From positions 384,001 through 448,000 of the forward strand of contig CAWCNY010000005.1 of assembly GCA_963797095.1 (NCBI GenBank): 64,000 nucleotides of DNA, written 5' to 3'. Under the pieces are notes generated by a model that did not search any database, had not been told where the DNA came from, and was given only the letters and a program-made list of their open reading frames with translations. The translations under genes were made by a program, and so were the position numbers. Positions 17,689-25,530 of the stretch are shown here, piece by piece; positions within the stretch are counted from its first letter, which is position 1; every line of letters begins with the position of its first letter. Origin of the DNA: an uncultured Chloroflexia bacterium (lineage in GTDB: Bacteria > Chloroflexota > Chloroflexia > QHBQ01 > JADMIH01).

Positions 17689-19857
17689 TTAGTTGACCTG
17701 GATTGTCAGACCGTAGGTGGCAACAGATGTGCCGCCCGTGGGGTCGGGCCAGGTGACAGTTACCTGCATGGCGTACTTGCCTTGAAGTGAGTGTTGGGGG
17801 AGCGCTAGAGCGGAGGGTGTGCCGGGAAGGTCGCCTGTGGAGAAGGTTGGCTGCCCCTCCGGGGTGAAGTTGAGCGTTGTGCCGGGTAGAACGGGCTGGC
17901 GCTCAGGATAGGGATAGAGTTGGGCTGAGAAAGAGAGCGGGGTCGGGCCGAAGTCTGGGTCGGGACCAAGCCGGCCTCTGAGCATGATCGTTTCGCCTGG
18001 TGATACTCCAATGGGATAAGAGGGCAACGGCACCCCTGGGCCGTCGGCGCACGCTTTCAGCCAGCATGAGGAACCTGCGAAAGCAAGTTGCTCGCCGCTT
18101 TGCGATGTTATGTAAAGTTGCGGTGCTGATGATGTGCTTACACTTTGGAAAGGCAGGGCCACTTGCACCGGCCCGCCGCTCTTGCCTGTCGAGATAGCAT
18201 AGAGCCATGAAGAGGCATCGAACGCGGGAGAGTCGACGGAGCCGGACAGGTTGCCTCTGCTGTCGGGGGTAAGCGAAGCGAAAGGCTGAGCAATTAGCTG
18301 AGCCGTGCCTGTGATAGCCTGCGAGACAGCCAGGGAGATAGATTGAGAGGTGGGCCAGCCTGAGCCGCTCGCCATGAGACGCTGGCCGTCCGCGCTCCAT
18401 TGGTAGCCTATGTGCGCACCCGAAGACGATGCCGAGAGTATTCGGAAGCTATACGGATTCGATATATACCTGCCTCTGGCGAAGCCATCAACGGACACGA
18501 ACTCCCCGGCCTCAAGCTGGGACATGGGGGCCTCGGTGCCTTCGCTGTAGCGAACAAGGTCGGCATCGGATAGGTGCAGACTCCATTGAGCGCCATCGAG
18601 AGTCTGAAGGATCGCCTCGGAAGAGAATGGGCGAGCGTGCTCTATGCTCACAACGGTGCCTGATATTTGAGTGCGGCCTGAGGGCAGCCCGTATGCCAGT
18701 GGAAGGGAAACTGAATAGTCACCGCTCTGGGCGATTGTGATAGCAACCTTCTGGTTCAGAGAGAGGCGGGTGTCATTTGTGAGGGGCCAGGGAGCGAAAA
18801 ACCTGCCAGCGGAATCCGCTGAAATGGTCGCGGGGCCGACAAGCGGCCCAAGTCCATGAGGGATGGTAAACCCGATTTGCATGGTCACAGATGAATTGGG
18901 AGGCCAGTTGTAACCGCTGATCTCGACTTTATCTGCTCTGATCTCTGTGGCGATGGCCGGAGGTGGGGGCGCTGATGCATAACGCCAATCGTAGTAAGCG
19001 CGACCCACGTTTGCCATTTCAACGCGCCATTCAGGCGGGTTGGCAGGGTTATAGGTGAGGGCTCGACGCTCATAGAGCTGGATCAGGACGGTGGCGGGGT
19101 TGTTGTCAATGAGAACATCGGCCCAATAAGGTTCCGTGATTGGCCTGCCGAGGAGGTATAGGGGATCGAATAGCTGGCCCTGAGTGAGGTGGCCTTGTTG
19201 GAGGATGGGACCGGGTTGGGACATCCAATCGGAGAAGACTGCGGGGATATTGTGCCCGGATACGGGATCGTAGGAGGCGGACAGGTATGAACTGGTATCG
19301 CCTGTGGGAGTGTAAGGGGAGATTGTGCCGTCCCGCGCGATGCGACCGGATAAGGGTTGGCCTGTGAGGTCGTGGGATGGGGCGGTGTGGGATGCAAAAG
19401 ACGCATAGGTAGGAGCCTCAGGGCTGCCGGGGTCGCCCGCCACGAGAACGGTCGCCGGGGAACGGGCCTCGAAGGTGGAATCGCCCTTCTGCACCTGACC
19501 TGTGACCATTTCGGTGACAAGGAGGCCACTTGACACGAACCAGGGAGAGGCGCGGTCGGCGGAAGGATCGTTGATCTCCATGCGACCCTTATCGAAGTAT
19601 TCGACCAGGCGGAGGGCGGTGGCAAACTCGGCGTAGGGTTCGTCAACAACCGCAAAGGGGGTTGGCCCCCAGAGCCAGGAGCGTGGGGCGGCTTGCATGG
19701 CAACAGGCGCATCGGGCACGGCCCATGTATTGAAGAAAGCCGAGTGGGCCATCCACTCGTCGGGCCATACCCAGGACGCGGGCTGGGCATGCGCATGTAG
19801 AGCGTAGGGGATGGACACGCATAGAAGCAGGAGGGTGGCGGAGAAGCGGAGGAGCAT
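17689..19857 (-). CDS. Secreted protein with Chloroflexota-type YFDKxRME domain
   Basis: Signal peptide; RSWLWGP, VEYFDKGRMEINDP, GHNIP, GRPITEPYWA; paralog of 28674..30230. Confidence 0.8.
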   Translation of the reverse strand: MLLRFSATLLLLCVSIPYALHAHAQPASWVWPDEWMAHSAFFNTWAVPDAPVAMQAAPRSWLWGPTPFAVVDEPYAEFATALRLVEYFDKGRMEINDPSADRASPWFVSSGLLVTEMVTGQVQKGDSTFEARSPATVLVAGDPGSPEAPTYASFASHTAPSHDLTGQPLSGRIARDGTISPYTPTGDTSSYLSASYDPVSGHNIPAVFSDWMSQPGPILQQGHLTQGQLFDPLYLLGRPITEPYWADVLIDNNPATVLIQLYERRALTYNPANPPEWRVEMANVGRAYYDWRYASAPPPPAIATEIRADKVEISGYNWPPNSSVTMQIGFTIPHGLGPLVGPATISADSAGRFFAPWPLTNDTRLSLNQKVAITIAQSGDYSVSLPLAYGLPSGRTQISGTVVSIEHARPFSSEAILQTLDGAQWSLHLSDADLVRYSEGTEAPMSQLEAGEFVSVDGFARGRYISNPYSFRILSASSSGAHIGYQWSADGQRLMASGSGWPTSQSISLAVSQAITGTAQLIAQPFASLTPDSRGNLSGSVDSPAFDASSWLYAISTGKSGGPVQVALPFQSVSTSSAPQLYITSQSGEQLAFAGSSCWLKACADGPGVPLPSYPIGVSPGETIMLRGRLGPDPDFGPTPLSFSAQLYPYPERQPVLPGTTLNFTPEGQPTFSTGDLPGTPSALALPQHSLQGKYAMQVTVTWPDPTGGTSVATYGLTIQVN

Positions 19858-19949
19858 AGTTACGAATATGATATAAGACCGCCTGTCAGATATGGGCGGT
19901 AGTCCATATTGCGAATTACTGGTGCCGGTCGGCTAAATATAGCACATTT

Positions 19950-19979
19950 TTGCACCTGCGCGTTGGGCTGTGCTATAAT
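19950..19979 (+). promoter_or_regulatory. sigma70-type promoter with extended -10
   Basis: TTGCAC-18 bp-TATAAT preceded by TG; a mirror TGCTATATT lies on the minus strand near 19936-19946. Confidence 0.65.
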
Positions 19980-19984
19980 TCGAG

Positions 19985-20156
19985 CATCAAGAGCCTGAGA
20001 TAACTGACTTGCGGCAATTAGACTCTGTTGTGCCAACATATGTACCGATATCCCGGCACGAGCACAAACCGAGGCCAGTGAGAACTCCTGATGGGAGAGT
20101 GTAATTGAACATAGGTTGAGTTTGGAACTCAACCTAGCCCTTAGCCGGGAAATATC
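19985..20156 (+). ncRNA. Candidate structured RNA / cis-regulatory leader
   Basis: Long irregular hairpin 19985-20093 starting at the predicted TSS, plus an 11-bp hairpin 20112-20136. Confidence 0.4.
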
Positions 20157-20187
20157 AGGGGTCTGGGTCTGTGTGGGAGTAGTTAAG

Positions 20188-20475
20188 ATGCTAGACAGTA
20201 CGGGCACGGGGCGAATCGAATACGAGGATGTATTGCGCGCCCTCGGTTATTTCATAGATCAGAATAACCTCAGCGAGATCTGCATGGTTGAACTGCGCGA
20301 AGGGATACTCATTAGAGGGATCTCGAAGGTAGCCAATCGCAGCGGCTACCAGGCGATTTCGGAGTCGTTCCTGTTTACGAACGAAGACCTGGAGCGAATC
20401 GTCAATGAGGCATATGCCCGGCGAAAGCCACCCGAGCAGTCCGAGCAGCAACACAAAGGACTGTTCGGGAGGTAA
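20188..20475 (+). CDS. Hypothetical protein (95 aa)
   Basis: GGGAG RBS; YEDVLRALGYFID...ELREGILIRG; first gene of the GT2-xseAB-trmD run. Confidence 0.75.
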   Translation: MLDSTGTGRIEYEDVLRALGYFIDQNNLSEICMVELREGILIRGISKVANRSGYQAISESFLFTNEDLERIVNEAYARRKPPEQSEQQHKGLFGR

Positions 20476-20490
20476 GCGGACAAGGAGCGA

Positions 20491-21195
20491 ATGTACAAGG
20501 GTCTGAAAGTATCCGTGGTGATCCCATGCTTTAATGAGGAACACGGGATAGCGGCGGTCCTCAAGGGGATGCCCAATTATGTTGATCAAGTAGTGGTAAT
20601 AGACAACAATTCGACCGATGAAACGGGTCGGATCGCCCTGGAGTTGGGGGCGGAGGTTGTCTTTGAGACGAAGAAGGGCTACGGAAACGCTTACCGGGCC
20701 GGGCTGCCACGGGCCACGGGCGACATTGTAGCCACAGCGGACGGGGACGGTACCTACCCCACGCATTCTATTGGCCCGATTATCGATTTCCTGCTTGAAG
20801 GTGGCTATGATTTTGTGTCAGCGAGCAGGTTCCCCCTGCGGAACCCGGACGCCATGCGCTTCCGCAACGTGCTCGGCAATATGATCTTGACCTGGACGGC
20901 GCGCCTGCTGTGGCTGCGCTGGTTTGCAGACTCGCAGTCGGGGATGTGGGTGTTCAAGCGGGATGTGTTGAAGAAGATCAGGCCGGTGAGCGCGGGGATG
21001 CCGTTTTCAGAGGAGATCAAGCTGCTGGTGGTAGATAACTCCAGGCTGAGGTTAGCTGAGTACCACATTGACTACCACGAGCGAATAGGCGAAACCAAGC
21101 TGTTCGCCTGGAAAGACGGCTTTGAGAACCTGCTCTTCCTGTTCAAGCTAAGACTTCGGCGGACGCTGTTAGGGAAGATCCTGGGAGTACGGTAG
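20491..21195 (+). CDS. GT2 glycosyltransferase (DPM1-like)
   Basis: VVIPCFNEE, IDNNSTD, GYGNA, DGDGTY, DSQSGM. Confidence 0.92.
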   Translation: MYKGLKVSVVIPCFNEEHGIAAVLKGMPNYVDQVVVIDNNSTDETGRIALELGAEVVFETKKGYGNAYRAGLPRATGDIVATADGDGTYPTHSIGPIIDFLLEGGYDFVSASRFPLRNPDAMRFRNVLGNMILTWTARLLWLRWFADSQSGMWVFKRDVLKKIRPVSAGMPFSEEIKLLVVDNSRLRLAEYHIDYHERIGETKLFAWKDGFENLLFLFKLRLRRTLLGKILGVR

Positions 21196-21256
21196 TCGGT
21201 AGCCAGTAGTCGGAATCAGGAACTTGGAACCAGGAACTCTCGTCCTCCGGCTACCA
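21191..21256. repeat. Composite heptamer palindromic element (GGTAGTC / GGAACCA / CCGGCTA)
   Basis: ggTAGtcggtagccagtagtcgg-aatcaggaacttggaaccaggaac-...tcct-ccggctacc; the TAG is the GT2 stop. Confidence 0.8.
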
Positions 21257-21274
21257 ATAGAAACGGCGGCATTC

Positions 21275-22498
21275 GTGAACATACTTTCCATCGGGCAGCT
21301 TGCGACCTATTTGCGGGAGTTGCTGGATAGCAACGATGCGCTTTACGACTGCTGGGTTGCGGGCGAGGTATCTAATCTTTCGCAGTCGGGGTCGGGCCAC
21401 TACTATTTCACTTTGAAGGACCGCGATGCCCAGATGAAGTGTGTGCTGTTCAGGCAGCAAGCCATCTGGCAGACGGTGCTGCCGGTAAACGGCGCGGCGG
21501 TGGTCGCCCATGGGCGCGTATCGCTGTATGAGGCGACGGGAAATCTCCAATTCTACGTCGATATGCTCCAGGAGGAGGGGCAGGGCGCACTGTACCTGGC
21601 GTTCGAGCAGTTGAAAGCAGCGCTGGACGCGCAGGGTCTGTTCGCCGAGGAGCGGAAGCGGAAGATACCGGCGATGCCGAAGCGTATCGGGCTGGTGACC
21701 TCGCCCCAGGCTGCCGCCTTGCAGGACATCCTGAATGTGCTGGGCAGGAGGTACCCACTGGCGGAGGTCTTGCTCGCCCCAACGCAGGTGCAGGGTGATG
21801 GAGCGGCCCGGCAGATCGCATCCGCTATTGCTGCGCTAAATGCGCTGGACGAGGATGAGGCCGTGGATGTGGTGATAGTAGCCCGTGGTGGTGGGTCAAT
21901 CGAGGAGTTGTGGGCTTTCAACGAGGAGATCGTGGCGCGAGCCGTGTTCGCATCGAAGGTGCCTGTCGTGACAGGAGTCGGGCACGAAACCGATTCTACT
22001 ATAGTAGATTACGTGGCCGATTTGAGGGCACCCACACCTTCGGCGGCTGCGGAATTGGTATCGCCTGATATCGACGATTTGCGGGAAACTGTCGAGCAAT
22101 GGCGCGAAATGATGCTAGCCGATATGAGAGGCAGGCTGGCTATCGCCTGGGACGAGCTAGAATCGGAGAGAGGGAGGCTTGAGAGACTGTCACCCATGTG
22201 GCAGGTAGAGAGCGATCGGACCAGGCTGGCGGGATTGGTAAGCACAATGAACATGAACATACGCCACATGCTGAGCCTCCACAAGGAGAGAGTAAAGAGC
22301 GCCGAGGGGAGGCTGGAGGCGCTGTCGCCGTTGCAGATTTTGAAGCGCGGCTATGCGATTGTGCGGGATTTGCAAACGGGGGATGTAGTAAGCAGTATCG
22401 CGGAAACCGAGGGTGGACATCTATTGGAGATCAGGGTGGCAGATGGGGCGTTCGGGGCGAGGGTGGAGGAAGGACGACGAGTGACGAGTGACGAGTGA
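21275..22498 (+). CDS. xseA: Exodeoxyribonuclease VII large subunit
   Basis: GEVSN...SGHYYFTLKD, RGGGSIEELWAFNEE, GVGHETD, APTPSAAAE, LKRGYA; GTG start at 21275. Confidence 0.96.
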   Translation: MNILSIGQLATYLRELLDSNDALYDCWVAGEVSNLSQSGSGHYYFTLKDRDAQMKCVLFRQQAIWQTVLPVNGAAVVAHGRVSLYEATGNLQFYVDMLQEEGQGALYLAFEQLKAALDAQGLFAEERKRKIPAMPKRIGLVTSPQAAALQDILNVLGRRYPLAEVLLAPTQVQGDGAARQIASAIAALNALDEDEAVDVVIVARGGGSIEELWAFNEEIVARAVFASKVPVVTGVGHETDSTIVDYVADLRAPTPSAAAELVSPDIDDLRETVEQWREMMLADMRGRLAIAWDELESERGRLERLSPMWQVESDRTRLAGLVSTMNMNIRHMLSLHKERVKSAEGRLEALSPLQILKRGYAIVRDLQTGDVVSSIAETEGGHLLEIRVADGAFGARVEEGRRVTSDE

Positions 22499-22558
22499 CG
22501 AGTGACGAGTGACGAGTGACGAGTGACGAGTGACGAGAGTTTATTGCGTATTGCATAT
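22476..22558. repeat. Heptamer tandem repeat (GACGAGT)x8 plus TATTGCG units
   Basis: Eight perfect units; they supply the xseA C-terminus VTSDE and its TGA stop. Confidence 0.95.
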
Positions 22559-22609
22559 CGATTAGCGTTTATCGTCTGGGGTCCATCAGCCAACTAGGAG
22601 GCAGGAGAG

Positions 22610-23086
22610 ATGGCAGCAAACAGCAACAAAGTAGGGGCACATGGAGAAAAGGGCACTTCCTTTGAGGAGAGCTTCGTGCGACTTCAAGGGGTGGTAGGGC
22701 GATTGAGCGCCGGGAGCCTCAGCTTGCAGGAGGCGCTGGCGGCGTTCGAGGAGGGCATGGCCCTGGCCGATAGCTGCTCGCAGATGCTGGACGAGGCGGA
22801 ATTGCGGGTCAAGCAGGTCAGTGATAGGGCGATGAAGGCTGGCTCGGCTTCCCTGGTGGAGTTGGACGAGGGGATGCGGGGCGCTGGCGGCTCACTTAAG
22901 GGAGAGCCATTCCTGGTGGAGATCGAGACGTACGAGAGCACGACCATCCAGAGATCCTCTCCAGAGGAGCATGAGAATGCCCAATCAAAGAGTGAGCAGG
23001 CCCCCAAAGGCAAAGCCCCAAATGCGCGACCCTATTTGCAGCCGGTCATGGACGACCTTGATCCCTTATTTGACGACGAAGACTGA
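22610..23086 (+). CDS. xseB: Exodeoxyribonuclease VII small subunit with C-terminal extension
   Basis: SFEESFVRL...LSLQEALAAFEEGMAL...C...LDEAELRV; AGGAGG RBS. Confidence 0.9.
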   Translation: MAANSNKVGAHGEKGTSFEESFVRLQGVVGRLSAGSLSLQEALAAFEEGMALADSCSQMLDEAELRVKQVSDRAMKAGSASLVELDEGMRGAGGSLKGEPFLVEIETYESTTIQRSSPEEHENAQSKSEQAPKGKAPNARPYLQPVMDDLDPLFDDED

Positions 23087-23116
23087 CCGGACGCCCCTAT
23101 CCGGACGCGTGATGTA

Positions 23117-23921
23117 ATGCTGTTCGACATCCTGAGCCTATTCCCCGAGATGTTTCCCGGAGTGCTTGGAACGAGCATATTCAAGCGGGCAGCCGAGGCC
23201 GGGCTGGTGTCGGTGCGGTTGCACCAGATACGCGATTACGCCGGGGGCAAGCACAAAGTCACAGACGATTACCCCTACGGCGGCGGCATGGGGATGGTTA
23301 TGAAGCCGGAGCCTGTGTTCCGGGCCGTGGAATGGATCTACAGGCTGGAGGACCCACCACCAGGCATCAGCATCTATACCCCACCTGATGAAGTGCATGA
23401 GATGGAGTTGGAGCCTGTGCCACATCCATCCACGATACCGATCATCCTTATGAGTTCCTCAAGGGCGATTGTTCAAGCATTCCGTAGCCGAGGAGTTAGC
23501 CCAACACCCCCGTCTGATCATAATCTGCGGGCATTACGAGGGGTTTGACGAACGGATACGCGAGCACCTTGCGACAGACGAGATCAGCATCGGCGACTAC
23601 GTGCTGACGGGCGGGGAGATCGCGGCGATGGTGGTCACTGACGCCGTGGCGCGGTTGCAGCCGGGGGTGCTGGCGGAGGGGTCGGCCCACGACGAGTCGC
23701 ACGCGAGGGGGTTGCTTGAATACCCGCAGTACACACGCCCACCCGATTTCAGGGGGTGGGAGGTGCCTCCGGTACTGGTGAGCGGCCACCACGCCAAAGT
23801 GGAGGAGTGGCGGCGGAAGGAGTCGCTACAGAGGACGCTCGAACAGAGGCCCGATCTGCTGGAGAGAGCCGAGTTGAGCGCGAAAGAGCGGAAATGGCTG
23901 GAGGAGTTGCGTGGCGAGTGA
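23117..23921 (+). CDS. trmD: tRNA (guanine-N1)-methyltransferase, split by a 1-nt frameshift near 23455
   Basis: First ORF has FPEMF and [17 protein letters not shown]; second has [28 protein letters not shown]. Removing one T restores MSPQGRLF (267 aa). Confidence 0.92.
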
Positions 23922-23964
23922 GAAAATTTGCTACAAAGCTCGCAAATGCTCTAGGTCAGAGCCA

Positions 23965-24681
23965 TCAGGTAATGCTGAAGTCCGCACCGTAAGATACCGC
24001 CCCCAGTTTCGAGGCCACCGCCTGCGACGATCTGTTCTCCCACGATGTGCTGTATAGAGGCAACCGGCCTGTGGTGCGTAAAGCCTCTGCCCACGCTCCT
24101 ACTATATCCACCGCATAGCCGCGTCCCCTGAAAGCTTCGACGGTATGGACGCCTGCTTCGGCAACATGAGGCGTGAGACGCACAGAGCAGCAGACGGCCA
24201 CCGCCACGCTATCTACAACACGCGCAGCAACAGGAGCAAGCTCGGCGAACTTGCTCTGCGTGTAGGGATAATGCTTTTCCAGCGAGGGCGCGTTTGAGGA
24301 TGTGATCATCACTGCTTCGGTGTTCGCAGTCCGAGGGAGTTCAGGCAGATAGTAAGCAGGGCCTGCATACGTGCTGCTGATCGGCGCGTGCTGTGCGAGC
24401 AGGTCGGTGTATTGGGCAAGGTAGCTGGGTGGATCTCGCAGTTCCATGCGATCGGTGACGACGGGCTCGAGGGCGGCAAGCCTCTCAAGTTCGGACGATA
24501 GGTCCGGAGGCAGGTCGTAGCGAACGCGCCAGATGTTCGCCGACGTGGTCCGGAACAAGAAGAAGCGAGGGGTGGGGTCGCTGGGGTCAGGCTCGTTGAC
24601 ATGCAGCAACCGGTTATTCGTGTCGTGCACGTAAAGAGCCTCGGTGTGCAGGCGGGCAAGTTCAAGATGGGTATAGCTCAT
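23965..24681 (-). CDS. GNAT family N-acetyltransferase
   Basis: EAGVHTVEAFRGRGYA, LYSTSWENRSSQAVASKLG; probable start MSYTHLEL at 24681. Confidence 0.85.
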   Translation of the reverse strand: MSYTHLELARLHTEALYVHDTNNRLLHVNEPDPSDPTPRFFLFRTTSANIWRVRYDLPPDLSSELERLAALEPVVTDRMELRDPPSYLAQYTDLLAQHAPISSTYAGPAYYLPELPRTANTEAVMITSSNAPSLEKHYPYTQSKFAELAPVAARVVDSVAVAVCCSVRLTPHVAEAGVHTVEAFRGRGYAVDIVGAWAEALRTTGRLPLYSTSWENRSSQAVASKLGAVSYGADFSIT

Positions 24682-24700
24682 GATGCAAAGATCAGTTTGG

Positions 24701-25519
24701 CTATTTTTCCAGGCCGAACTCTTCCTGTGGGAAATCGTCCGATTTGTGGGCTCCAGGGGGATAGAGGAGCAGTATGTAGCCACCACACGAAGCAATTGCC
24801 TTGTCGGAAGGGGCTTCGATGGATTGGCTTTCGAAGACGACGCTTGCCGAGCGCCCGCCTGGGAGCCTGGTGGGAACCCTGAAACCGCCCAGGAACCGAC
24901 CCATATCATCAACCAGGTCGATGGAAGGCTTTTCGGTGCTGTGCCACAACTCCTTGTACTCGCCGGAGGAGAGGGCGGTTACAGTGAATGAGTCGTGCCT
25001 GAAGAGAACGGAGACGGGTTTCTTGCCGGGGTTGGAGAAGGTGAATCTAAATGCGCCGTTTGACATACCCGCCGCGCCGGGTGGGCGGAGATCCCAGGCC
25101 AGAGAGATCACGGACAGGGGGGCGGCTGCCGCGCTGCGCAGTAGATCGTCGTAGGCTGCTCTGGCCTGGGCCAATGGGGCCGGAAGTTCGTGAAGGTCTT
25201 GCACAGACAGGAGTAAGCCTCTATCGTCTGGGGCATCTCCCACCATGAGGGTGAGCCGGGGAGAGTTGCGAGCCTGGGTGCCTTCCGTAGGGCGCAGGTC
25301 CGTAAGTTCAGCCGCAAGCCCTTCGAGTGGGGCAAGATCGCCAGCGTCCAGCTTGAACGAGTAGGTGCCCGCCTGGTCGCGCCGATCTGAGGATGAGGAG
25401 AAGAGGGTCCAGAGCCACACCGTCCCGTCATTATAGACAGCAAGCCGCTCGTCCACCTTGCGGGGGCGGTCGGCGAGCATGGAATATTGGAGTAAGGGAC
25501 TAGGGCGGCTGCGGGGCAT
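24701..25519 (-). CDS. Hypothetical protein (possible immunity/partner of the upstream metallopeptidase)
   Basis: 272-aa ORF starting 11 nt after the upstream stop; no recognised motif. Confidence 0.6.
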   Translation of the reverse strand: MPRSRPSPLLQYSMLADRPRKVDERLAVYNDGTVWLWTLFSSSSDRRDQAGTYSFKLDAGDLAPLEGLAAELTDLRPTEGTQARNSPRLTLMVGDAPDDRGLLLSVQDLHELPAPLAQARAAYDDLLRSAAAAPLSVISLAWDLRPPGAAGMSNGAFRFTFSNPGKKPVSVLFRHDSFTVTALSSGEYKELWHSTEKPSIDLVDDMGRFLGGFRVPTRLPGGRSASVVFESQSIEAPSDKAIASCGGYILLLYPPGAHKSDDFPQEEFGLEK

Positions 25520-25530
25520 GGCGGTTCCTG

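Noticed and set aside
19985-20093. SRP (4.5S) RNA
   Set aside because: Similar size and rod shape, but it lacks the conserved domain IV CAGG...GGAA...AGCAG motif.
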